Source: a virus. Taken from it: a stretch of 64,000 nt of DNA. A program made the translations under genes and the position numbers. Shown piece after piece: positions 23,250 through 30,404 of this stretch. The stretch is from IMG/VR virus record IMGVR_UViG_3300023700_000001; one strand, written 5' to 3'. The notes under the pieces are model-generated. The model ran no database searches, was not told where the DNA came from, and worked only from the letters and a program-made list of their open reading frames with translations. Within the stretch, counting starts at the first letter, position 1. The number at the start of each line of letters is the position of its first letter.

Positions 23250-23783
23250 ATGAACATCTTTTATCTACACAATGACCCTCGCATCTGCGCTCAACAACAC
23301 GTTGATAAGCACTGCGTCAAAATGATCCTCGAATATGCTCAACTCTTGTCTACTGCTCACCGTATCCTTGATGGCACTGAGTCTGTTGGTTTGTCTGTTT
23401 CTGGACGAAAGAAAAAGACCTGGACTTTACCAGACAGTCGCGATAACGTACTTTATTCTGCTACTCATAACAATCATCCTAGTGCTATTTGGACCAGACA
23501 GTCAACCGAAAACTACATCTACCTCTGGAACCTCTTCAGAGAGTTGTGTGCTGAATACACCCATCGTTATCAACGTGTTCACGCAACCGAAAGACTAGTA
23601 GAAGTCCTTTCATCTACACCCAAGAAAATTCCTGTTGGTGCTTTCACTGAGCCAACTCCAGCCATGCCAGATGAATATAAGGTTGCTGGAGACTCTATTC
23701 AGTCATATCACAATTACTACAATGGCGACAAGAAAAGAATGTTTTCTTGGAAAAAACGTGAAACGCCCTCGTGGATCCGCTAA
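23250..23783 (+). CDS. conserved hypothetical protein (candidate leaderless mRNA)
   Basis: ORF track. No SD. The N-terminus FYLHNDPRICAQQHVDKHCVKMILEYAQLL looks like a conserved viral family that I cannot name. Confidence 0.65.
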   Translation: MNIFYLHNDPRICAQQHVDKHCVKMILEYAQLLSTAHRILDGTESVGLSVSGRKKKTWTLPDSRDNVLYSATHNNHPSAIWTRQSTENYIYLWNLFRELCAEYTHRYQRVHATERLVEVLSSTPKKIPVGAFTEPTPAMPDEYKVAGDSIQSYHNYYNGDKKRMFSWKKRETPSWIR

Positions 23784-23802
23784 ATAAAAACGAGGAGACT
23801 TT

Positions 23803-24051
23803 ATGCCAACATATGTATTTCGCAATAAAGAAACAGGCGAACAATTTGAGAAGATTATGAAGATCTCTGAACTTGATACGTTCAGAGCAGAGAATCCACA
23901 GTTGGAAACTGTTATCCAAGCTGTAGCGTTTGGTGACCCAACCAAACTTTCATCAACAAGGAAATTCGATAGTGGGTTCAAGGAGGTCTTACAAAGAATC
24001 CATGAGAAAACACCTGGAAGTCAATTAGAAAAATCATCATCTCAATTATAA
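23803..24051 (+). CDS. hypothetical protein
   Basis: ORF track. GAGGAG upstream. Confidence 0.6.
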   Translation: MPTYVFRNKETGEQFEKIMKISELDTFRAENPQLETVIQAVAFGDPTKLSSTRKFDSGFKEVLQRIHEKTPGSQLEKSSSQL

Positions 24052-24053
24052 TT

Positions 24054-24155
24054 ATGGCAACTAAACCGAAGAAACCAAAACCTACTACTGCTCCAACGAA
24101 ACGTCGTGGGGTTACTATCGGTCGTCATATTATTAAAAAACGAAAACCGAAATAA
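24054..24155 (+). CDS. micro-ORF, 33 aa, highly basic
   Basis: Lys/Arg/Pro-rich. Translated by hand. Confidence 0.3.
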   Translation: MATKPKKPKPTTAPTKRRGVTIGRHIIKKRKPK

Positions 24156-24164
24156 GGAAACCTG

Positions 24165-24938
24165 ATGGCTCGTGCAGCAGCAAAAACAAGACCTTTAGAT
24201 AATGTACAAAGTGAGCCTAAGACGAAAGACAAACCAATAAATAACCACTTAAAATTAAGGATTGATGACTTAAAAACGTTTGACCCTCTAACACAGAATC
24301 AGAAATTATTCTTTGACTCATACAAACGTGGTGATTATTTTGTAGCACTCCATGGTGTTGCAGGAACAGGAAAGACCTTCTGTGCTTTGTATAAAGCGAT
24401 TGAAGAAGTATTAGATAAATCAAATCCATTCGATAAGATTATTGTAGTGCGTTCAGCAGTACAAGGTCGAGAGATTGGACATCTTCCAGGTGATGTTAAT
24501 GAGAAGATGGAAATTTATGAGCAACCATATCGTCAAATCTGCGAGACTTTATTCGGTCGCAAAGACGCATGGGATAGATTAGAAGAGCAGGGACATATTC
24601 AGTTTATCTCTACCTCGTTTATTCGTGGTATGTCATTCGATGATGCTATCATTATCGTTGACGAGATGCAGAACTTGACTTATGAAGAGATTGATACCGT
24701 TATGACTCGTGTCGGTTATCGCTCTAAAATTATGTGGTGTGGTGATTATCGCCAGACAGACTTGACAAAAAGAAAAAGCGACGTTACTGGAATTTTAAAA
24801 TTCTTTGACATTGCTCACCACATGAGTGCTTTTACTCGTATCGAGTTTACTGTTGACGATATCGTGAGATCTTCTCTCGTGAAAGACTATATTTTGGCTA
24901 AACTTAAATATGAGGATTTCTATGAGAAGAAACAATGA
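24165..24938 (+). CDS. phoH: PhoH-like ATPase
   Basis: GVAGTGKT, GHLPGDxxEK, IIVDEMQN, GDYRQTDL and DIVRSSLV motifs. Confidence 0.85.
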   Translation: MARAAAKTRPLDNVQSEPKTKDKPINNHLKLRIDDLKTFDPLTQNQKLFFDSYKRGDYFVALHGVAGTGKTFCALYKAIEEVLDKSNPFDKIIVVRSAVQGREIGHLPGDVNEKMEIYEQPYRQICETLFGRKDAWDRLEEQGHIQFISTSFIRGMSFDDAIIIVDEMQNLTYEEIDTVMTRVGYRSKIMWCGDYRQTDLTKRKSDVTGILKFFDIAHHMSAFTRIEFTVDDIVRSSLVKDYILAKLKYEDFYEKKQ

Positions 24939-25555
24939 TAACTGCAGAACAATTTAAGCAATTATTTCCTCGCGCTCAAGATCCAGAATCTTGGGCAGCT
25001 TCGATGAACGAAGTATTTCCAACTTACGATATTAATACACCACAACGTGTTGCTGCTTTCTTAGCTCAATGTGGTCATGAGTCTGGTGGTTGGACTGTTT
25101 TTGAAGAGAACCTAAACTATTCTGCACAAGGATTGAATAGCATCTTCAGAAAGTATTTCCCAACAATTGAAGAAGCTACACCATACGCTCGCAAGCCAGA
25201 AATGATTGCGAACAAAATCTATGCTAACCGCATGGGTAATGGCGGTCCAGAATCAGGAGACGGATATCGTTTCCGTGGACGTGGTCCAATTCAGTTGACT
25301 GGACGTGCGAACTATACGGCATTTGCCAAAGAAATGTTCGAAGACTGGGAGAACGTAGTAAACAACCCAGACTGGGTTACAGCGGATCGTGACTTTGCTT
25401 TGATGTCAGCTATTTGGTTCTGGAATAAGAACAAGCTGAATAATGAAGCAGATATCGGTGACATTAAAACTATGACCAAGAAAATCAATGGTGGATACAT
25501 TGGTCTAGAAGACAGAATTAAACATTACAATGAGTGTATTCACCTACTGACTTAA
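24935..25555 (+). CDS. glycoside hydrolase family 19 (chitinase-like) lysozyme, probable endolysin
   Basis: QCGHESGG, LNYSAQGL and YRFRGRGPIQLTGRANY motifs. Confidence 0.8.
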   Translation: MITAEQFKQLFPRAQDPESWAASMNEVFPTYDINTPQRVAAFLAQCGHESGGWTVFEENLNYSAQGLNSIFRKYFPTIEEATPYARKPEMIANKIYANRMGNGGPESGDGYRFRGRGPIQLTGRANYTAFAKEMFEDWENVVNNPDWVTADRDFALMSAIWFWNKNKLNNEADIGDIKTMTKKINGGYIGLEDRIKHYNECIHLLT

Positions 25556-26208
25556 TGAAAAACTTTATACATCATGATTTTGCGAAACTAGTACGTGACA
25601 CAAGACCCGATGGAAAAAGAACATATCTGACTCCATCGGGTTTTTCGTATCCAAGCGTAACAACAATCACAGGACAAGCAACTGCAGAAGGAATTGCCAA
25701 ATGGCGACAGAGAGTTGGTGCTGAAGAAGCTAATCGAATCTCTGGACGAGCATCAGCACGTGGCACTCGGATTCACCAGTATTGTGAGGATTATCTTCGT
25801 GGAAATGTATTCGAAGCTGATATGTTTGACTTGGAGATGTTCAACTCTATCAAGTTCTTACTCGATCAGATTGATAACATCCACTGCTTAGAAACTCCAC
25901 TGTACTCTGATCACTTACAGGTTGCTGGAACGGTTGACTGTATCGCTGAGTTTCAAGGTAAGCTGACTGTTATTGACTTCAAGACAGCAAGCAAGCCTAA
26001 AGATCGAGAAGACATTTACCACTACTTTATGCAATGTGCAGCTTATGCTGTTGCATTTGAAGAACGTACTGGAATTCCTATTGGTCGTCTTGCAATTTTG
26101 ATGGCAGTTGAGAATGACGATCCACGATGGTTTATCGAGAAACGTGATAACTGGATTGGTCCATTCCGTAAGTTACGACTAGACTATAAGAATAAATACA
26201 ATATCTGA
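25555..26208 (+). CDS. PD-(D/E)XK family nuclease (RecB-like exonuclease)
   Basis: GTVDCI ... VIDFKTASK core. Start trimmed to the ATG at 25555 (TAATG overlap). Confidence 0.6.
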   Translation: MKNFIHHDFAKLVRDTRPDGKRTYLTPSGFSYPSVTTITGQATAEGIAKWRQRVGAEEANRISGRASARGTRIHQYCEDYLRGNVFEADMFDLEMFNSIKFLLDQIDNIHCLETPLYSDHLQVAGTVDCIAEFQGKLTVIDFKTASKPKDREDIYHYFMQCAAYAVAFEERTGIPIGRLAILMAVENDDPRWFIEKRDNWIGPFRKLRLDYKNKYNI

Positions 26209-26209
26209 T

Positions 26210-26238
26210 TTGCCTTGCAAGAAATTGTAGAGTATAAT
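26210..26238 (+). promoter_or_regulatory. sigma70-type promoter of the tmRNA gene
   Basis: TTGCCT, 17-nt spacer, TATAAT, immediately after the nuclease stop codon. Confidence 0.65.
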
Positions 26239-26249
26239 TAGAGTTATTG

Positions 26250-26309
26250 CTGTATGAAGCAAAGAGAAAAGTGTTCTGGACGCGGGTTCGACTCCCGCCA
26301 TCTCCACCA
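26250..26309 (+). other. tmRNA acceptor piece (5' end approximate)
   Basis: T-arm GCGGG-TTCGACT-CCCGC at 26282-26298. CATCTCC at 26299-26305. Discriminator A at 26306. Encoded CCA at 26307-26309. Confidence 0.8.
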
Positions 26310-26385
26310 AAAGTGTATTAGTGCAGAGTGTACCTGTTAAACAAAGCCTGAAGACGTTCGGGAGTTCGGCTAGTATACTTTTGAT

Positions 26386-26526
26386 GGGGATGCCATGGTT
26401 TCGACAGGGCAACAAGTAAACAAGTGGACAGCACGGTAGGCGATGACCGTAAATCAAGCAAACTAAGTAAATGCAAACGATAATGTTTGGGCTCTTGCAG
26501 CGTAAGCTGACTTGACCTGAGGTTTC
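26386..26526 (+). other. tmRNA coding piece (3' end approximate)
   Basis: Starts GGGGATG (pairs with CATCTCC), then CCATGGTTTCGACAGGG. Contains the tag frame. Confidence 0.75.
26473..26505 (+). other. tmRNA tag reading frame ANDNVWALAA-stop
   Basis: GCA AAC GAT AAT GTT TGG GCT CTT GCA GCG TAA. Confidence 0.75.
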
Positions 26527-26570
26527 GCTGACTGTCCTTATTACCCAATCAGTCAGCACTTTTAATTTTA
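26527..26570. terminator. hairpin terminator shared by ssrA (+) and the GIY-YIG gene (-)
   Basis: GCTGACTG, 15-nt loop, CAGTCAGC, then ACTTTTAATTTTA. The stop codon of the minus-strand ORF lies in the loop. Confidence 0.55.
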
Positions 26571-26944
26571 TTCGGTATACCTTTACGTGCCGATGGTTTA
26601 CCGAGTTTAGCTAACCTTAGTTTTTCTCGCTGTTCCATTGACATCGGTTTACCTTTGTTGGAAGCTGGAGTACCCTTCTTTCGACCATTTTTAAGATTGT
26701 AGTATCGTTTACCATATTCAGAATCTTTGATCATAGCTAACAGTCTAGCTTCTTCTTTTCTAGCTAAGGCTCTATTATCAAACATTTTGAGTATTTTACG
26801 AGTAAAATCATTTGGTCTATATTGTTGTTCGCCATTAAACCATCTAGATGAAGACACATAACCATCTTCATCGGAACCTTCGTGCATTCCAATATAGAAC
26901 ATTTTTCGGTTCTTATCGAACCATAGGTAAGTAAAGTATTGCAT
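26549..26944 (-). CDS. GIY-YIG homing endonuclease (Seg-like, free-standing)
   Basis: N-terminal YLWFDKNRKMFYIGMH...GYVSSS. C-terminal basic NUMOD3-like repeats (SMEQREKLRLAKLGK). The only minus-strand gene in this block. Confidence 0.7.
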   Translation of the reverse strand: MQYFTYLWFDKNRKMFYIGMHEGSDEDGYVSSSRWFNGEQQYRPNDFTRKILKMFDNRALARKEEARLLAMIKDSEYGKRYYNLKNGRKKGTPASNKGKPMSMEQREKLRLAKLGKPSARKGIPNKIKSAD

Positions 26945-27012
26945 ATTTTCTCCAAGATATGTAATTATTTAGTAAAAGCAAACTTTTAGGTTTGCGTTAA
27001 TTGAGGATAATT

Positions 27013-27276
27013 ATGAACGTTACACCGTTAAAAGATAGAGTTCTTGTTGCAGAGAACAAACGTGAGAACACTACTGAATCTGGTATTGTTTTACAAGGCG
27101 CAGGATTCGATCAATCAAAATCTGGCACTGTTTTAGCCATTGGTCCAGAAGTCACAGATGTTAAAGTTGGCGATGTGATTTATCTTGAGTGGAATAAAGC
27201 AGCAGTTGTTAAGATTGGTGATGCTCAACGTGTTATCATCAAACAAGAAAACATTGTAGCCGTATTGGAACAATGA
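27013..27276 (+). CDS. groES: co-chaperonin GroES
   Basis: 87 aa with PLKDRVLV, ESGIVL, GTVLAIGP and VKVGDVI motifs. GAGGA upstream of the ATG at 27013. Confidence 0.85.
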   Translation: MNVTPLKDRVLVAENKRENTTESGIVLQGAGFDQSKSGTVLAIGPEVTDVKVGDVIYLEWNKAAVVKIGDAQRVIIKQENIVAVLEQ

Positions 27277-27779
27277 AGGTAGCAGTTCTATGTAATGGTC
27301 CAAGTAGAGTTGTCTTTCGAGACTCTCTGGAATATGATTATGTTATCGGTTGTAACATTCCTTGGACTGTCGTAGATGCAACAGTTATTCTTGATCCAGA
27401 GATTATCCATTATATGGGTCTTCATCCAGAGTTGATCAAGATACCTGCTTATTTCTCTCGCAAAGCATGGATGATAACAGATGAGATTAAAAAGAGGAAA
27501 CTCTTTGATCCATATCTTATTGAGCTTATCAACCCTAAATACCCTTACCCATCAGCTGGACACGTTGCTGTTGAAGTTATGATTCGTAATGGTGCCACTA
27601 CAATAGACATCTATGGATGTGACTCTTGGTTTGCGGATACAATAGAAAGTTGTACTCATGATTATGTTAATACTTCAGATGAAACTAAGAGATGTATTGG
27701 TGCTTGGAGAACTAGGTGGAACCAGATCATTGAGGATAATCCCAATGTTACTTTAAATTTTATAAAGGATACAACATGA
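27273..27779 (+). CDS. hypothetical protein (DUF115 / sialyltransferase-like N-terminus, weak)
   Basis: VLCNGPS...YDYVIGCN resembles the start of DUF115/GT42-type Rossmann proteins. Confidence 0.35.
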   Translation: MKVAVLCNGPSRVVFRDSLEYDYVIGCNIPWTVVDATVILDPEIIHYMGLHPELIKIPAYFSRKAWMITDEIKKRKLFDPYLIELINPKYPYPSAGHVAVEVMIRNGATTIDIYGCDSWFADTIESCTHDYVNTSDETKRCIGAWRTRWNQIIEDNPNVTLNFIKDTT

Positions 27780-27955
27780 AACATTTAATCGCATTCGTAT
27801 TAGCAGCATTCGCATTCTCTGCATTCGCTACTGAAGTCGCTAAGGCTCCAACTAATCAGACTAATTGTGTCACTAAGGACAAGAAAGGTAATTGCCCTCC
27901 AGCACCTAAGTCACCAAAGCCAACTCCAAAGAAGAAGGCTGAAGACAAGAAGTAA
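27776..27955 (+). CDS. small secreted Lys/Pro-rich protein, 59 aa
   Basis: Signal peptide MKHLIAFVLAAFAFSAFA. ATGA and TAATG overlaps. Translated by hand. Confidence 0.5.
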   Translation: MKHLIAFVLAAFAFSAFATEVAKAPTNQTNCVTKDKKGNCPPAPKSPKPTPKKKAEDKK

Positions 27956-28377
27956 TGTCTACAATTTTGATTATGGGTCTTCCAGGTTCTGGTAAGACAA
28001 CTTTGGCAGAACACTTGCAGCAGAGAATATGGGAAGACGGTAGAACCTGTGCTTGGTTCAATGCTGATAAAGTTCGTGAGCAGTACGAAGACTGGGACTT
28101 TAGTGAAGCTGGTCGTATACGTCAAAGTATACGAATGAGAGATCTAGCTAAAAACGCATCCACAGATTATGTTATATGTGACTTTGTAGCTCCAACGCCA
28201 GAGATTCGTGATTTATTCAGTGCTGACGTTACTATATGGGTTGACACTATTGATGTTGGTAGGTTTGAAGACACCAATAAGATTTTTGTGGAACCAGATA
28301 GATATGATCATAGAGTTCTTACACAAGATGCTGATAACTGGAGTGAAGTTATATGGAAAGCACTAAAAGAAGTTTAG
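27955..28377 (+). CDS. adenylylsulfate (APS) kinase-like P-loop kinase
   Basis: GLPGSGKTT. FNADKVR...DFSEAGRIRQSIRMRDLAK parallels LDGDxxR...FSxxDRxENIRR. Confidence 0.55.
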   Translation: MSTILIMGLPGSGKTTLAEHLQQRIWEDGRTCAWFNADKVREQYEDWDFSEAGRIRQSIRMRDLAKNASTDYVICDFVAPTPEIRDLFSADVTIWVDTIDVGRFEDTNKIFVEPDRYDHRVLTQDADNWSEVIWKALKEV

Positions 28378-28562
28378 TCAAAACTGTTAGTTGGCGTCTA
28401 ACTGGAAGTTTTAGTACATTTTTGATAACTTATCTAATATCAGGAAACTTTGCCATTGCTAGCTCAGTGGCTCTGGTTCAGATTACAGCAAACACTATTC
28501 TATACTTCATCCACGAAAGACTCTGGAATAGAGTCTCTTGGGGTCTAGAGAATCCTAAATAA
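28353..28562 (+). CDS. DUF2061 membrane protein
   Basis: KTVSWRLTGS ... ERLWNRVSWG with two TM helices. Confidence 0.6.
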   Translation: MESTKRSLVKTVSWRLTGSFSTFLITYLISGNFAIASSVALVQITANTILYFIHERLWNRVSWGLENPK

Positions 28563-28624
28563 TAGACCAGCCTGACGGTGCTGGACACACTACCGTCGTT
28601 TTACACACAACACAGGAGACTTAA

Positions 28625-28903
28625 ATGTCAAATATGACTCCGTTCGAGATTCGCCTTGAACTATTAAAAATGGCGAAAGATATGCTTGTTGAAGAATACT
28701 ACGGTAAGAAAGAACAAGTATCACATGATTGGCAAGTACGAGTAGAATCTGCTCGAAACGCAGGTGCTGTCCCACCAGACCATCCAACAATACCATCTTA
28801 TCCAACCGAAGCAGATGTTGTCGCAAAGGCAACCCAATTAAACAGTTTCGTATCACAAATCCCACACGCTACACTAGAAAAGACTAGCAAAAAGTCCACC
28901 TGA
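28625..28903 (+). CDS. hypothetical protein
   Basis: ORF track. AGGAG upstream. Confidence 0.6.
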   Translation: MSNMTPFEIRLELLKMAKDMLVEEYYGKKEQVSHDWQVRVESARNAGAVPPDHPTIPSYPTEADVVAKATQLNSFVSQIPHATLEKTSKKST

Positions 28904-28913
28904 TAAGGGATCG

Positions 28914-28944
28914 GTCAGAGGGTTCACACACCTTCTGACTTTTT
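28914..28944 (+). terminator. rho-independent terminator
   Basis: 9-bp stem GTCAGAGGG / CCTTCTGAC (one G:U pair), 8-nt loop, TTTTT. Confidence 0.75.
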
Positions 28945-28963
28945 AACCATAAAGGAGATAATT

Positions 28964-29569
28964 ATGCGCTTATACCGTATATACATTCCGTTCATATTAT
29001 TGGCGTTGAGTTTGACTCTTATTGTCAAATCAACTTTTACTGAAACAGTTAGTCTCACGATTAAGATGTCTCAGTTAACAAAAGAGTCGCAGCAACAAGT
29101 GAAGTGCCTTGCTGATAACATCTACCATGAAGCTGGGTTTGAACCAGAAGATGGTAAGGTTGCAGTAGCTTTGGTTACACTCAATCGTCTACAAGATCCT
29201 AGGTATCCAAAAGATATTTGCTCTGTAGTGAAACAAAGAGTAAAATCAACATGTCAGTTCTCTTGGTTCTGCCAGCGCGTAAAAGCTAAAAATGAATCAG
29301 TTTATGAAGATGCTTTAGAAATTGCACTTCGAGTTTTCGCTAACTACGAAACTACAACAGACATCACAAATGGTGCTCTGTTTTATCATGCTGATTACGT
29401 CAACCCTCGTTGGCGTGGATTAGAAAAGACTACTGTAATTGGTAGACATATATTTTATAAAGAAAGCGAACGATACTATGATGCAAAAGATGAATCTCCA
29501 ACTAAAGGAAGAAAGCTCTCGACACGCATTCTACCTGATGATGGAAGAAATTTCACTCAATACCGTTAA
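28964..29569 (+). CDS. SleB-like cell wall hydrolase with N-terminal membrane anchor
   Basis: CLADNIYHEAG, VALVTLNR, CQFSWFC and ALFYHADYVNPRW motifs. Confidence 0.7.
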   Translation: MRLYRIYIPFILLALSLTLIVKSTFTETVSLTIKMSQLTKESQQQVKCLADNIYHEAGFEPEDGKVAVALVTLNRLQDPRYPKDICSVVKQRVKSTCQFSWFCQRVKAKNESVYEDALEIALRVFANYETTTDITNGALFYHADYVNPRWRGLEKTTVIGRHIFYKESERYYDAKDESPTKGRKLSTRILPDDGRNFTQYR

Positions 29570-30035
29570 AGGTGCTGTTGAGTGGATCTTTGAAGCTAAC
29601 TTCGGTGAAGAAAAACCAGAGTTACTAAACTTGATTATTACATCTCCAGGTGGTGACCTGAATGCTGCGTTTGCGTTAATTGACGTAATGCGTGGGTCTT
29701 CTATCCCAGTGCGAACAATCGGTCTTGGACAAATTGCTTCTGCTGGACTTATGATTTTCATCGCTGGTGATAAAGGGATGCGAATTCTTACTCCCAATAC
29801 ATCTATCCTGAGTCATCAGTACTCGTGGGGTGCCTTTGGTAAAGAACATGAACTTTTTGCTACAGTTAAAGAATTCGATTTAACAACTAAGAAAATGACT
29901 GCTCACTATAAAAAGTGTACAGGACTTTCTGAAAAACAAATTCGTGATGTGCTCTTGCCTCCACAGGATATTTGGCTGAGCCCATCCGAAGCTAAAAAGT
30001 TAGGAATCTGCGATGACGTTAAGGAACTTTCTTAA
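29478..30035 (+). CDS. clpP: ClpP-family serine protease
   Basis: ITSPGG. Ser in GQIASAG, His in SILSHQ and Asp in PQDIW, in order. Start uncertain (29478, 29490 or 29538). Overlaps the 3' end of the SleB gene. Confidence 0.75.
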   Translation: MMQKMNLQLKEESSRHAFYLMMEEISLNTVKGAVEWIFEANFGEEKPELLNLIITSPGGDLNAAFALIDVMRGSSIPVRTIGLGQIASAGLMIFIAGDKGMRILTPNTSILSHQYSWGAFGKEHELFATVKEFDLTTKKMTAHYKKCTGLSEKQIRDVLLPPQDIWLSPSEAKKLGICDDVKELS

Positions 30036-30045
30036 GGAAATTACT

Positions 30046-30258
30046 ATGAATGATAATGTTTGGACACTATCAATTTTGACTGCCGTGTTATCTATTGTTG
30101 GTGCTGTTGGTTTTTACAACTATTCATCACTAAAATCAATGGAACGAAATATTGAGTCTGCTATTGCAAAGGGTATTGATCCCGTTGCAGTACGATGTGC
30201 TTATGGTAACTCTACTGATAACATCTGTATCGCTTATGCTGTAACAGTTAAAAAGTAA
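30046..30258 (+). CDS. small membrane protein, 70 aa
   Basis: Track ORF trimmed to the ATG at 30046 (AAGGA upstream). One TM segment. Confidence 0.55.
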   Translation: MNDNVWTLSILTAVLSIVGAVGFYNYSSLKSMERNIESAIAKGIDPVAVRCAYGNSTDNICIAYAVTVKK

Positions 30259-30276
30259 TACTTTTGGTTTCCGCCA

Positions 30277-30306
30277 ATACCCCTCAGCTTTTGAGGGGTA
30301 TTTTTC
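30277..30306 (+). terminator. rho-independent terminator
   Basis: 10-bp stem ATACCCCTCA / TGAGGGGTAT, 5-nt loop, TTTTT. Confidence 0.8.
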
Positions 30307-30345
30307 CTTGTAGAATCAACAAGTTACGGAGCCTCCAGAAAGTTG

Positions 30346-30374
30346 TTGCCTTAAATGCTGAAATGAGCAATAAT
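30346..30374 (+). promoter_or_regulatory. sigma70-type early promoter with conserved leader
   Basis: CAGAAAGTTGTTGCCT box. TTGCCT, 17-nt spacer, AATAAT. Leader ACTACAGTTGATTAGGA at 30376-30392. Confidence 0.65.
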
Positions 30375-30404
30375 TACTACAGTTGATTAGGAAAAGGATA
30401 TCGA

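Larger units (their letters stand above)
26245..26558 (+). ncRNA. ssrA: tmRNA, circularly permuted two-piece form
   Basis: The 3' acceptor strand plus CCA lies upstream of the 5' acceptor strand. The stem has 7 bp with a G3:U pair. T-arm, GGUUUCGACAGGG and an ANDNVWALAA tag frame are present. Outer boundaries are approximate. Confidence 0.85.

Noticed and set aside
26179-26559. 126-aa and 76-aa minus-strand ORFs over the tmRNA locus
   Set aside because: The interval is fully explained by the permuted tmRNA gene (acceptor stem, T-arm, tag frame). These ORFs have no SD or coding character.
26978-26995. GCAAAC-ttttag-GTTTGC hairpin upstream of groES
   Set aside because: It is a 6-bp AT-poor stem without a T-tract. 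It lies in the divergent gap between the endonuclease and groES genes, and there is not enough evidence for a terminator or operator.
27856-28125. 89-aa minus-strand ORF
   Set aside because: It overlaps the signal-peptide ORF and the P-loop of the kinase-like gene on the + strand.
28574-28603. GACGGT...ACCGTC hairpin after the DUF2061 gene
   Set aside because: It has a 6-bp stem, a 12-nt loop and only a short GTTTTA tail. It may be a weak terminator but is not convincing enough to list as a feature.
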